This document shows, piece by piece, positions 1 through 16,729 of a stretch of DNA of 64,000 nt. Every line of letters begins with the position of its first letter. Position 1 is the stretch's first letter. The notes beneath the pieces were generated by a model. The model was not told the DNA's origin, searched no databases, and saw nothing but the letters and a program-made list of their open reading frames with translations. The translations under genes and the position numbers were made by a program. Origin of the DNA: Salpingoeca rosetta (taxonomy: Eukaryota > Protista > Choanoflagellata); contig JAWQFM010000015.1 in the NCBI GenBank assembly GCA_033442325.1, positions 382,590-446,589 on the forward strand, in the 5' to 3' direction.

Positions 1-112
<112 letters not shown>

Positions 113-160
113 GGATGCATGAAGACGTAATGGCGAGGGTACGAGCAGTTGTGCGAGGAA

Positions 161-3504
<3,344 letters not shown>

Positions 3505-3576
3505 TATTCGACGAACGTTCAACGCCAATGCACACACCCCACAAATCAGCACACACACACACACACACACACGACC

Positions 3577-4581
3577 ATGGTGGACTACAGCAAGTGGGAT
3601 AAGCTGGAGGTGAGCAGTGATGAGGAAGAGGAAGAAGGCACAACAACACGGACGCAACCCTCCGTGTACCGTGTTGGGCCTTCTGGGTCCGTGACCATCC
3701 CCGGCAGGAACGTCACCGTCCACTCGTCGTCTTCGTCTTCTTCTTCAGCGCCGTCATCAACGTCAGGCGGCCGCGCCATGTCAGGGACTGGAGCCACTGG
3801 GCAGAAGGCCATCGCCGCACCCAAGACTCTCACCAGCAACGGCGGGGCTATGAGCACATCACAAGCTGGCAGCAGCAGCGGAACTGGCGGCGAGGTGAAG
3901 AGCTTGGGCGAACGGCGGGATGTGGTGGTGGACGTGACGCTGGACACGCTGACCCGAAACGGCGCAGAAACGCCGGCCTACTTCTGGTCCCAAACGAGCA
4001 ACACGGTGCGCATCTCGTTTGTCCTGGAGAACAAGAGCACCCGCGCCAAGGACGTGACGGTGCATGTGGACTCGGACACGGGCGAGTTTGACGCCAGCGC
4101 TGATGGATGGGCGTACAAAGGCACACTGTTTGGGCCCATTGCACCCTTGGATGAGCCAGAGGACCTCGATTGGAGCCTCGCCACCGTCAAGCTGCAGCGC
4201 AGCAAAGAGGGGCAACAGCAGCAGAAACCACAGGAGCAGCAGAACAAGCAGTCGTCAGCATGGGAGGGCGAGGGGCTGCGCCTGTTGCAGGTGGACCTGG
4301 TGAAGAAGGACCTGAGCGGCATTGTCATGTGGTGGAAGAGCGCGTTCAAGGGGGACCCGGAGATTGACACGACTGCCATCGCAGACCGATCGAAACAGCA
4401 GGAGGCTGCGTCAGCCACTTTTGCAGACAACTTCAAGAAGGCGCAGGAGATGTTCCTGCAACGCATCCGCAGCGGCGAGGCGCGCCCGCCACCGCTCGAC
4501 ATTGGCAGCTTCACCATGGACACAGACCACGACGACGCAGACGATGATGCAGACGATGCAGGCGATGGGGATGAGGAATGA
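3577..4581 (+). CDS. NudC-family CS/p23-domain co-chaperone, intronless, 334 aa, with Cdc37-like N-terminal motif
   Basis: NudC CS signature NGAETPAYFWSQT..V...KDVTV...G.LFGPI...WSL...LQVDLVKK...WWKSAFKGDPEIDT. N-terminus MVDYSKWDKLEVSSDEE. Acidic tail. Confidence 0.85.
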   Translation: MVDYSKWDKLEVSSDEEEEEGTTTRTQPSVYRVGPSGSVTIPGRNVTVHSSSSSSSSAPSSTSGGRAMSGTGATGQKAIAAPKTLTSNGGAMSTSQAGSSSGTGGEVKSLGERRDVVVDVTLDTLTRNGAETPAYFWSQTSNTVRISFVLENKSTRAKDVTVHVDSDTGEFDASADGWAYKGTLFGPIAPLDEPEDLDWSLATVKLQRSKEGQQQQKPQEQQNKQSSAWEGEGLRLLQVDLVKKDLSGIVMWWKSAFKGDPEIDTTAIADRSKQQEAASATFADNFKKAQEMFLQRIRSGEARPPPLDIGSFTMDTDHDDADDDADDAGDGDEE

Positions 4582-4862
4582 GAGGGGCGATGTGTGTGTG
4601 TGTGTGTCTGTGTGTCTGTGTGTCTGTGAGCATGTGTGTCTGTGTGTCTGTGTGTCTGTGTGCGCGTGTGTGTGAGCGAGAGCGCTCTTGCTCGGTCGGT
4701 TGTTGTCGCTCGCTCTTCATATTGGACTACATTTTAAGATGTCGCATTATCGCATTAGAAAGTTTGTTGAAATTTTACAATGACTTTCGCGCCTGGGAAA
4801 ACAACACCTGCATTTTTGTTGCTGCTTGTTTGTTGTTGCTCTCCGCCACAAGACAACAAACG

Positions 4863-5953
4863 ATGCGCGCACCAGGAGGCGTGTGCGCCGCCACCGTTGT
4901 GGCTGGCTTCTTCTTGCTGTTGACATGCGTCAGCGCTGGTGGGTACTGGAGATGTGACACAAGTGGTGTATGAGTGTATGCGTTTGTGTGTGAGTGTGTG
5001 AGTGCTGCAAATGTTGGCGTTTGATCTGCGTGAGACTGCGTACTTTTGTTGCTGTTGTTGTGTTTGTTTGTTTGTTTGTGGTGCACTCAAAACGTGGCGT
5101 GATGTGACGTGTGCATACGGCGTGGTGGTCAGCGTTTTGGGCCATGGTGGTCAAGTTGTTGGAACGCTGATCAAATGTCACTCCGACCTCCATCATTGCT
5201 GTCCTCGCTGCCTATGCATCATGCCCGTATTCTCACGCCGCATGTTGCACGTGTCCCCTCTTCCCCCTTCTCCCGCCAACACAACTGTCCACGCCCACTT
5301 GTCCTGCGGACAGCGCCCGTGCCCGAGCCGCGGCTCATCGTGACGCCCGTGTCCAAGATCATCGACGAGGGCGAGGACGTGACGCTGTCCTTCTCCCTGA
5401 CGGAGCCGATCATCTGCCGCTCCGTCTTTGACGACTGCCGCGTGCTCCTGCTCATCACCAACGCCCGCCCGGACGAGATTGCCCTGTCCGCGTGTTACCT
5501 GCAGTGGCACGCCGACGAGTGGGACGTCACCAAGCAGATCACCGTCTCTGGTGTGGAGGATTTCGTCGACGATGGCGAGAAGACGTTCACCCTCATCACG
5601 GAGCCCCTGCAGTCCAACTCCGAGTATTACGCCAACTTTGACGCCGACGACATTGTCATCAAGACGCAGTCGTACCAGCCTGCCCAGTGCTCGTCCACCA
5701 CAGACCCAAACCAGATCAGCTGGGATGGCCGCCGCAGCACCTTCACCAGCAGCGGTGTGTGTATGTGTGTGTGTGTGACTGTATTTGTGTGTGTCTGTCT
5801 CTGTGTGTTGATGGAATACGAACATCTTCGCGCTTTTGCCACTTTACATACACATCTCACGCACTCACAAACATGCAATCACGCACTCACGCCCACGCAC
5901 TCACACACTCACTCATGCACACACACTCATACACACACACACACACACACACA

Positions 5954-6031
<78 letters not shown>

Positions 6032-7145
6032 TCATCCAGGCACGTACCTCCTCTGGGGAGCGCCCATGCGCGACTGGGAGGTGCAGACACGCGTCACCAA
6101 CGGCCGCAACTGCGCCGTTGGCGTGCGCGAGGGCTGCGACCTGGTTGTGCTCGACCAGTGCTCTGGCAACGGCCTCGTCATGTACAGCGACTTCAACAAC
6201 CCGCCGTCGCAGCGCCTCTCCGTGCGCCAGGAGTCCGGCACCAACAACTACATCATCTCCTCCGCCCGCTCCGCTGCACAAGTGCGCGTGGTTGTGCGCG
6301 TGCGTGTTGTGTTCCAGGGCATGACGTCGTGCGGTTGGTCTGGCTGCCGCCGCGCCCCGCGCTTCTCCTCCACGCGCTGGCTTGATGTCTACGGCACCGC
6401 TCCAGGGTTTGACTTTGGGTACGTTGACCGCGCCAACGCCGCCAACACGGAGCCCCGCACCCGCGGGCTGTGCGGCTCGTACGACAACGACCGCAGCAAC
6501 GACCCCATCAACGGCAACGGCCTCGTCATCCCGTCTTCTCGCGACTTCTTCCGCACGCGCAAGGCCGGCGCCTGCACGCCATACAGCCGCCCAGAGCCCG
6601 ATGTGGCGTTTTGCGAGGCGCCGCCACGCCCCGTGCAGCGGCCCGTCCTGCGCTCCCCAGACATTGAGGACCTGACAGAACTTCTGAAGACTCTTGACAT
6701 TGGCGACGACGACCCGCGCGCCGCATACGAGTTTGACCCGCAGGAGGTCGGCTCCATCTTCCTCGGTGACGAGCAGGTTGCGCGGTACGAGAACCTGTGC
6801 GAGAGCGCCATCACGGGGTCGCTTGCGGCGGACGTGTGCGCAGAGGTTGGCGTGGATATCCAGCAGTACATTGACAACTGCATCGAGGACCTGGTCACGC
6901 AGCAGGACGAGGACCTCATTCTCGGTGCCATCGACTCCATGAAGGTATGCGCTGCTGCCTGGGTTCGTGTCGCTGTCTGACTGTGAGGGTGGGGTTGTGC
7001 GTGGGGTTGTTGTTTGTTTGGTTGTGTGTGTGTGTGTTGGTTGGTTGGTTTGTTTGTTTGTTTTTTTGTTGTTTTTTTTTTTTCTTCTTTTTTATTGTTT
7101 TTCGGCTGCTTGGTTTGCTTGTTTGCACCACGATCATCATCATCC

Positions 7146-7206
<61 letters not shown>

Positions 7207-10200
7207 GATAACCACCACACCTGCCCCCCTCCCCACCCCTATACCATGGCACCGCACCGCAGGAGGACTGCGAGTTCCTTGCGTCGACAAACATCACGCT
7301 CTTTGACCAGGACGAGGCCGGCAACCTCGTGCCCGGACAGCTGCAGCGCGCAGTGGTGGAGCGCCTGTGCCCCGGCGACTGCAGCTTCAACGGCGTCTGC
7401 AACAACGGCACGTGCATCTGCAACGACGGCTGGAGTGGCGCCGACTGCAGCACCAACATCACCGTCGTGCCCGCCAACAACGGCCTGTTCCCCTTCAGCT
7501 GCGACATCAACACGGCCTGCCCCACCGTCATCACCGTGTCGTCGGAGCAGCTGCTGCCCGGGCCCGGCCTCAACTGCCTCGTGGACGGCGAGGAGACCCC
7601 CGGCCGCTTCATCGCCTCCGCCCAGATGCAGTGCGCCATCCCGCGCGTGAACATCACCGGCGCGCAGGAGCGCGTGCTGCCCGTGCGTATCTCGCGTGAG
7701 AGCGGCGAGTACAGCACTGCCCGCCCCTTCATCTTCTATGACGGCCGCTGCAAGCAGTGCACCCGCGACGGTGAGTGCACCATCAAGCCCAACGCCTGCG
7801 TCATCGACAACCAGTGCGTGCTTGAAGGCCAGGCGCCCGCCGACAACCCCTGCATGCGCTGCCAGCCACAGGTGTCCCAGACCGCATACACCCCCGCCTT
7901 TGAGGACGCCCAGTGCGCGCCCGAGATCCGCGGCCTCGACAGCTACATCACCGTCTCCGAGGGCACGCAGCGCGGCGAGGAGGTGGCTGCCTTCACCGTC
8001 GGCAATACCTTTGCCGAGGAGGAGTACGACGTTGTGCTGAGCAGTGACGGCGAGAACGACGGCGCCAGCGACGTGTTCAGCGTGCTGGACCGCGGCAACG
8101 GTGCGTTTGCGCTCATCTTGTTTGACAACGTCGACTATGAGGCCACCCCCAGCTACGCGCTCACGGTCGCCGCCACGGGCCGCTCGTCGGGCCTCGTGCA
8201 CGAGGTGCGCGTGTCTGTCGACGTGCTCAACGTCAACGAGAACCCGGCCATGGATCAGGACGCGTACACGGCTGCGCTGCCGGAGAACGCGGCCCCGCAG
8301 TTCCTCTTCCGCGTGTCGGCAACCGACCCGGACAGCGTGCTGGTGCGCGATGCCGTGGACGCGCGTTACAGCGAGGTGTCGTTCAGCCTCACGGGCTTCC
8401 GCTTCGCCAGCGACGCCGCCCTGTTTGCGGTCAACCCGACCACGGGCGAGGTGTCCACAACCGGGCCGCTCAACCACGAGGACCGCGGCGAGTACGTGTT
8501 TGAGGTCGTGGCCACGGACGGCGCCGGTGCGCGCGCCACCGCCACCGCCACTGTCACCGTGACCAACGTCAACGAGCAGCCCACGTTTGTGCGGCTGTCG
8601 CAGATCTTCGTGCACGAGGACGCCGCCCTGGGCACCACGGTGGGCACGCTCAGCACCGTCGACCCCGACCGGGACAACACGTTCACATACGCGCTGCTCA
8701 ACGGCACAGACCTGTTTGCCATCCAGGGCGACGCGCTCGTGACGGCGGTCGAGTTTGACTTTTCTGGCGACAACAAGGACGTGCCCCTGCTCATCCGCTC
8801 CGCGGACCAGGGCGGGCTCGTTGTGGAGGAGGTGATTACGGTGCGCATCGTGAACCAGAACGACGCGCCGACGGCCATTGCGCTGGTGCAGGTGGAGCAC
8901 GGCAAGGACGCCAGCGAGCTCACCACGCCGCTCACCGCCATCCCCGAGGACACGCCGTCCGACTCTGTTGTTGGCCTGTTCAAGGTGACGGACCCAGACG
9001 CATCAGACCTGCACATCCTCACGCTCACAGACGACGCAGACGGCACGTTTGCCGTGTCCGGGCCCGCGCTCATCCTGGTCAAGCCGCTTGACTTTGAGAG
9101 CACGCCCACGCACACCATCCGCGTGATTGCAACCGACACGGGCTTCCCGCCGCTGACGTCGCCAGAGCAGGCGTTCACCATCACGGTGGAGGACCGGCCG
9201 GATGCGCCCCGCGAGATTGCGCTCGTGCCGTCCACCACCATCACGGAGAACACGCCTGCAGGCACGGTGATTGGCGTGGTGCGCGCGCGCGACGACGACC
9301 CGAGCCAGCCCATGACCATTGAGGTGTCGCAGGAGTGCCCGTTTGAGCTGTCTGGTGGCGTGGACTGCGCCAACAGCGAGCAGGGCCACACCATCTGCAC
9401 GGCGCAGGTGACGCTGACGCGGCAGATTGACCTCGAGGGCCCCGCGTACAAGTGCGTCGTGACAGCGACCACCACCGCCGACGACGGCCTGTTTGGCCGC
9501 GAGACGATTGTTGTGCCTGTTGAGAACGTGAACGAGCCGCCCACCTCCGTTGCGCTGTCGCCCGCCACCATTGTTGAGGGCGCACCGGCGGGCACGTTTG
9601 TTGGCTTCCTCTCCGCCACAGACGTGGACGAGGGTGACGTTGAGTTTGAGTTTGCGCTCGCCGACAGCACGGCCGCCAACGCGCGGTTTGCGATCAAGCG
9701 CCAGCTTGATGGCGGCGTTGAGCGCGCAGCCGTTGTCGTTGCAGGCGACCTTGACCACGAGACACGCCCCACGGAGACCATCATGGTGACGGTGACAGAC
9801 AACGGCGGTGCGTCGGCCACGCTTCCTGTGGAGATTGCCGTCACGGACCGCCCCATGCACATTGCCATCAACACGACAGTGATTGACGAGGTTGTGCGCC
9901 CGAGCGAGGCAGTTGGACAGGAGGTGGCACACGTCACCCTCGTCAACTTTGATCGCGACGACCTCACGGTTGTGTTCACCGTGTCCGCCCCAACGGAGGA
10001 CACCGGGCTTGCTCGCCGCAGCGCCGATGATGTTGCGTTTGATGTGCTGCCATCTGGACAGCCCAACACGGCTCGCCTGGTCATCCGTGACGGCTCACTC
10101 CTCGACTACGAATCCCTGCCCAACCACGTGTATGCGTTCACTGTCAGGGCGTCGTTTGTCGCCGCTGGCGGCAGCAGCGGCAGCGGTGTTGCAGTGCCGG

Positions 10201-11908
10201 CGCCTGTGTCGTCCACGATTGAGGTTGAGGTGCGCAACGTTGAGGAGCCGCCCGTGTTCAACACGCCAGAGGTGACCGCGCCTGTTGGTGTCGCCCCCAA
10301 CGCAGACTCGGGCACGCCCGTGGTTGTCCTGTCGGCCTACGACCCGGAGAACGCAGGGGACGTCACGTATGCGATTGAGTCTGGCAACGACGATGGCATC
10401 TTCATCATCGGCTCCACCACGGGCGAGGTGACGGTGATTCGCACGCCAGAGACCACCGGTGCGCAGCTTGACCAGATGTTTGAGCTCGTCATTGTGGTCA
10501 CGGACAGCACGGGCGCCCACTCGTCGCGCTTTGTGCTGCCCATTGTGCTTGACACGTCCCTGGCCACGACATCCGCCACGAGCACCAGCACCACGACCAG
10601 CACGGCCGACACCACTGTTGATCCCAGCATTGTCGTCGACCCGACTGCGCCTGGCGGCGAGGATCTGGAGAGCAAGGGCAGCAGCAACTCCGCGGCGTCC
10701 AGCACCATCCCCGTTGTCATTGGCGTGTGTGCGGGCCTGCTGCTGGTTGTCGCGGTTGCGCTGCTGCTGTTTGTGCGCGGGCGGCGCAAGGAGCTCCACC
10801 CGTCCTTCGCGAGCACACCCAGCACCATGGACAACCCGCTGTACCACGGCCACCACATGCACCACGCGCCCGTGTCCGGGTTTGTGGACGGCTTCAGCTC
10901 GCAGCTGTATCCCTGGTACCGCGCTGAGATGTCGCGGGCGGACTGCGAGATGGAGCTGCTGAACCGTGCCGCCGTGGGCGAGTTTATCATTCGCGACTAC
11001 CCGACGTCCCCCGGCTGGTACATGCTGCACGTGCGCACGGGCACTGCCGAGGTGGCTGAGGTGAAGATCAGGCCCCAGGGCCAGGAGGGCAAGTTTGTGC
11101 TGGTTGGCGACAACAGCGGGGCTGCGTTTGCGTCGCTGCCGGAGCTTGTGCAGCACTACGCGGCCACCACGAGCCCCGTGCTTGGTGTTGCGCTCGTGGC
11201 GGCCAGTGGCGCCCGCCAGCCGGTCGTCCACCAATACGACGACGTTCCTGCTGTCATGCGCAGGGGGTGCGTACGCTGTTACAGAGGCGGGAGGGGAGCG
11301 TTGTGCTTGTGTGTGGGGGGGGGGGGGTTGTACGTGTACGTGTGTGTGTGGGGGGGGTGCTTGTACGTATGTGCATGAGGAGCTTGTGCGTACGTACGTG
11401 TTGCAAGCACGCCTCCATGTGTGAACAGCTGACCCACGTGCTCACCTTGTGCTGTTGATCTGCAACGACCACGACCACGCCCATGACAGCCAAGCGCTGG
11501 AGGAGGACCCCAATGCCCCTCATCTGCCGCTCAAGAGCCACCAGGCCGATATGATCGCGCAGGTACACGCGTGCAGCATGCAATTGAACGCCATGGAACA
11601 TATCCCTTGCTGTGTGTGCGTGTGGGTGTGGGTGGGTGGGTGTTTGATGTAGACAAGCGTGCTTGTGGGTGAATTTGTGTTGCCCTTTGGACTGTGAGTG
11701 CGAGTGCCGGTGCATTTGCAACCGCGTGTGCGACCCTGCTCCACCATCGAAAGCTTTACACACCACTGATTCTGTCGTCTGAATCCCTCTGCTCGCTCGC
11801 TTGTTCCTTCGCGTCGTCCTTTCTGCCCATCTGCAGGTTGCCAGTGGAGACGACTTCTACGGCAACACGCACGCCGCTCGCGACCTGCTTGGCTCCAGCG
11901 CCATCTGA
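4863..11908 (+). CDS. Cadherin receptor: signal peptide, Ig/Calx-like region, VWD/C8, EGF, IPT-like, about 8 cadherin repeats, TM, SH2
   Basis: Exons about 4863-4938, 5314-5754, 6040-6944, 7263-11266, 11490-11562, 11837-11908. Signal MRAPGGVCAATVVAGFFLLLTCVSA. VWD CSSTTDPN..WDG and TRGLCGSYDND. EGF CPGDCSFNGVCNNGTCICNDGWSGADC. EC motifs (V/L)D(Y/F)E, LNHE, A.D.G, NVNE.P. TM IPVVIGVCAGLLLVVAVALLLFV. SH2 WYRAEMSR..GEFIIRD..F.SLPELVQHY. Confidence 0.93.
7133..7207. repeat. (CAT)n trinucleotide microsatellite in cadherin intron 3
   Basis: Near-perfect CAT run. Confidence 0.95.
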
Positions 11909-12616
11909 GGCACACCAAGCCACCGCTGATCCTGCTTTCCTCTGTCGTTGTTTGATATGCTCGTTTTTCCTCTTGCTGCTCTGTCTTCACGGCTCTGATT
12001 GCCGTGCGATAGTGTGGTGGTTGAGATGGTGGTGTTGTTTCCCTGTTTGTTTTCTCTTTGCCTTTCGTTTTGCTGCCTTGTATTGCTGACATTGTGTTGT
12101 TGACTTGTTGCTGACTTTGCGTTGCTGACTTGCTCTTTTCCCTTCTTTCCCCCTCCTTATCCCCTTCGCCCTCCTCTGTTCGTCTTCTGTGCTGTGAATG
12201 TGATGTGATGATGTGACTTGCTTTGCCTGCTTGCTTGCTTGCCTTGCCTTGCTGGCCCTGCTTGCCCCAATACATCCATCCAACGCAGCCATGAAGTTGA
12301 CAACGACACACGAAACAGCAGTGCATGCTTGTGGTGATGACTCACTGGGGACGTTTTGCGAAAGATTTACAAAGCAATTCGTGTACACAACTGAAAACAA
12401 AAAAAAAAGCAAACACAAACAGAACCAACCAACCCCGCAAGCAAGCAACAAGAGCAAGAAGCAAGCAGCGAGAATCTCCAGCGTGTCCATCATTGCCACG
12501 ACCACCGACCAACCGACCACCGGCTCGCTCGTCGCAACGGAAGAAGTGGAGCAGCCACAGACGCAGAAGACAATTTCAACAAGAGCACACTCATTCAAAG
12601 AAGACCACCACCGAAG

Positions 12617-12766
12617 ATGGGGAAATTCGACCGCGAAATAAGTGCGTAACGCCACGCTCATGGGTTGTGGTTTCGTGGAGGGTGGTGTCGTGTCGTCGAT
12701 TGCCTGACCCACGTACAACGACCATGACGCGGCGGTGTCGCAAACGCCGCCGCATGCCCGCGTGCA

Positions 12767-12858
<92 letters not shown>

Positions 12859-13972
12859 CACCAATTGAATATATTGTCACCTCTTTCTGCTTGGCTATCG
12901 CAGTGGAGGCCACCTCTGAGCGCAAGGTGACGGAGGACTGGCAGGCGTTTATGAACCTGGCCGACAAGATGCAGCGCGCAACGTTTGAGGAATGCCGCGA
13001 CGCATCGCGCATGATGATGCGCAGGCTGAAGGAGCGCAACCCGCTTGCAGTGTCGTACTCCATCACGTTGCTGCATGCGCTTGTGGAGAACGGAGGCCCA
13101 GAGTTTCGCAAGGCCGTCCTCTGCCGTGACAACTTTGCCACCATTCGCCAGGTGCTCAAGTCGCAGCTGCCAGAAAAGGTGAAGCAAAACATGCGCACCA
13201 ACCTACTTGAATGGCAGAAGGACTTTGGCAGCCAGGCCCAATTTCGCATCGTCAACGACTGGGTACGACGTTGCCACTCGTTTATGTGGACAAGGAAACT
13301 TGTCTGCGTGTGTGTGTGTGTGTGTGTGTGTATGTGAGTTTGTGCGTGTGTGTGTGTGTGTGTGTGTGCGTGTGTGCGTGTGTGTCTGTGTGTGTGTGTG
13401 TGTGTGTGTATGTGTGTGTGTGTCTGCCTCCCTGTGTCTGCCTCCCTGTTTCTATCTCTGTCTTGATCTCTGCCTCTGTCTCTGTCTCTCTGTCGGTGTT
13501 TGCTGAGTGGACGAAACAGGCAATGCGCATGTTACTACATCACATCATGGCTCATGACAACAACATCACACACACACACACACCCTCTCAAACCCAAACA
13601 GGTGCAGGACCTGCGCCGGGAAGGACTGGTGTCCAGCAGTGCTGGTACTGGCGCCACAACCGCGTTCAGCAGCGTCCCGGCCACTGCCGCCGCAACCACC
13701 ACCGCTTCGTCAAACTTTCTCTCCCCAAACACATCCGCGGGAACTGGCGCACGCACGCGCGAGGCTGAAATGCAATACGTACGAGTGTGTGCATGTGTGT
13801 GTGTGCGTGCGTGCATGTGTGTCTGTCTGTCTGTATGTATGTATGTATGTATGTATGTATGTATGTCTGTGCTACATCGGAGTCGAAGGCCGCGGTGTGA
13901 CTCTCTTCAAGCAGCACCTTCAAGTTCACCAATTCACCCCATGCACGGATGCATGCCAACATGTAAACGTGC

Positions 13973-14056
<84 letters not shown>

Positions 14057-16430
14057 AGGAGGCCGACCTTGCGCGCGCCATCAAGGAGTCACTCAACGCA
14101 GCATCAACGCCACAACAGCAGCAGCAGCAGCCATCCTACGCTCCCGCCCCAACTCAGCGCAAGCAGCGCACAGGCCAAGTGTGTGTGTGTGCGTGCGTGC
14201 GTGCGTGTGTGTGCATTTGCGCGTGGAGAGCTTGCATTCTTGGTCATGTGATTGCATGTGTTCATGTGTGTTCGTTCACCATTACCATCACCACCTCCAC
14301 ATCACATCCCACTGCGCTGCATATGTGCGTGTTTGGCAGCCGGTGAAGGTGCTGTATGACTTTGAAGGCTCAGAGGAAAATGAACTCTCCCTCAACGCAG
14401 GCGACATCATCACCGTCACCGACAAATCGTGAGTCACTCTATGCGTGTGCGTGTGTGTGTGTCTGTGTCTGTGTCTGTGTCTGTGTCTGTGTCTGTCTGT
14501 CTGCCTGTCTGCCTGTCTGCCTGTGCGTGCGTGCGTCTTTGAGCCGTTGTATTTTACACCGCACGCCATAAGGCTCCAATCAAGAACCATACCAGCGCGT
14601 CTCCTCACCACCCTCTCCCCACGCCCTCCCTTATCGCGCGAGCAGCGACCCCAACTGGTGGCAGGGTGTCTCGCGCACGGGCGACGAAGGGTTCTTTCCG
14701 TCGTCGTTTGTGTCCTTTGACCTCAACGCCGAGGTCGTGCCGGAGGTGAGGGCCGCACAGCCCGACGGCGCTGATGTGCAGAAGGAAGAGGACGAGCAGC
14801 AGCACGTTGACGAGGAGGAGGAGGAGGAGGATGTGGATGTGGTTGAAGAAGTGCGCCCAGCGAAGACGAAGGCGAAGGCGAAGTCGAAGCAGTCCCGCTC
14901 AAGCAAGAAGCATCAGGGCCAGGCAGCTGCCGCAGACACCACACAGCAGCAGGTGAGGGCGGCATGCATGTGCGCTGTGCGTGGCGCATGGAGTGATTGG
15001 CTGCGTGGCTTGCTGTCCCAGCTGTTTTGTTCTTATTCTTGTTGTTGGTGTTTGTGCGGGTGTTTGTTGTTCTCGTTCTTGTTGTTCTGGTTCTCATTCT
15101 TGCCGCTGGGGTGTTGGTGTTGCTTTTGTGCGTGTACACCATCCACTCACATCCACGCGCGCACGCCACACCGGCCGCGACAGACTGCTGCCACTAGTGC
15201 TGTTGACAGCGCCCTCTTTGACCGTTTCCTCGAACTCGTTGTCTCCACGCGTCCCGGGGACCACACGCACGACGCAGAGATGGACGACCTTGAGAAGCAA
15301 TGCGACGCAGCAATGTACGCGCCCGTGGCAAACAGAGGCCTTGTCGTGGGTTTTGGTGCTTTTGGTGTCTGTCTGTCTGTGTGGTGTGTGTGTGTGTGTG
15401 TGTGTCTGTCTGTCTGGCTGTCTGGCTGTCTGTCTGTGTGGCCTTGTGCTCCCTTGACTAGCATGTGCCAACTCCCAACTAATCAAACTCACCGTGCTCA
15501 TCCTCCGAACAATCCAATCCACTCTCAACCAACCTACACTGGCAGCACGGGCGTAACGGAGCGCGTGGACGACTACGACCGCCGCCTCGCCCGCGTCAAC
15601 CAAGTCCTCGAGAAATACGCACTGGTGCGCAACTGAGAGCCGCCGCACTGCCTGTCGCTTGGACTGCCGTCGTTTTCTTTCCTTGCTGCCACTTTGTCGC
15701 ACCAACTACTCTGTGCGCTCACACACACACACACACACGCACACACACACACACACACTCACTCACTCACACGTGTGCGTGTGGGTGTTGGCAGGTGAAT
15801 GCGCTGTCGACGCGGCTGATGGCGCAGGATCCCGGGATGGCCCGCGTTACGCGCCCGCCACACCAGCTTGGCGTAGCCATGCACCCATCGCAAGCACACG
15901 CGCCACCACCGTCACTGCCACCACACGCGCAGCAGGGACGAGGCGGGTACCCCATGCAGCACCACACCGCGCTCGCACCACACCACCCGCAACAGCAGCA
16001 GCCGTACCAGCCCGGCATGCCGGCGCCGTCGCAGCAGGACGGATACGGTGCACCGCCCATGGGTCCACGGCCCCCGGTGCCGCCGCAGATGACCGCACAC
16101 CAGCAGCAACACCACCAACACCACCAGCAACAGCAGCATCCTGGTCAAGCACAGCCACAGCAGCATCGGCCACCCCAGCCACCGTTTCAGGCACATCAGC
16201 CGGGCAAACAAGGGCCGCCCGCTTCCTTCCCGCCATCGTCCCAGCAGCAACCGCCACCGCAACTGCCACCCCAGCAGCAACAGCAGCAATATCCCTATCC
16301 TCCCCCCATGTCACAGCCACCCCCACCTCAGGGCGCGACACCCGCCTACCGTCCACCGCCGGGCCACTTTGCTCCTCCTCCTCATCAGCAGCAGCAGCAG
16401 CAAGGATGGATGCCTTCATCGGTGGCCTGA
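12617..16430 (+). CDS. STAM: Signal transducing adaptor molecule (ESCRT-0): VHS-UIM-SH3-GAT-Pro/Gln tail
   Basis: Exon1 MGKFDREI joined to VHS (ATSE..TEDW...RRLKERNP...[11 protein letters not shown]). [15 protein letters not shown] (14059). SH3 [28 protein letters not shown]...[11 protein letters not shown]-like helices, then a P/Q-rich last exon ending PSSVA*. Confidence 0.92.
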
Positions 16431-16606
16431 GATGGTGCGTGTCATCCCCTGTGCTTATGCTGCGGCATGACGCTGCACGTGACACGCTGTGTTACATAGA
16501 CCCTGCCCTCAAACAAAACGGCCAATACACAAACAATAACAAAGCGCGCGTGGGGGGGGAGGAGGAGAGTGCGTGTGTTGAGAGAACACAGAGAGAGAGA
16601 GAGAGA

Positions 16607-16729
<123 letters not shown>

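Noticed and set aside
6282-6317. Possible 36-nt GT-AG micro-intron in the cadherin VWD exon
   Set aside because: It is in frame and encodes a plausible beta-strand (VRVVVRVRVVFQ), and it is far shorter than other introns here. No support either way.
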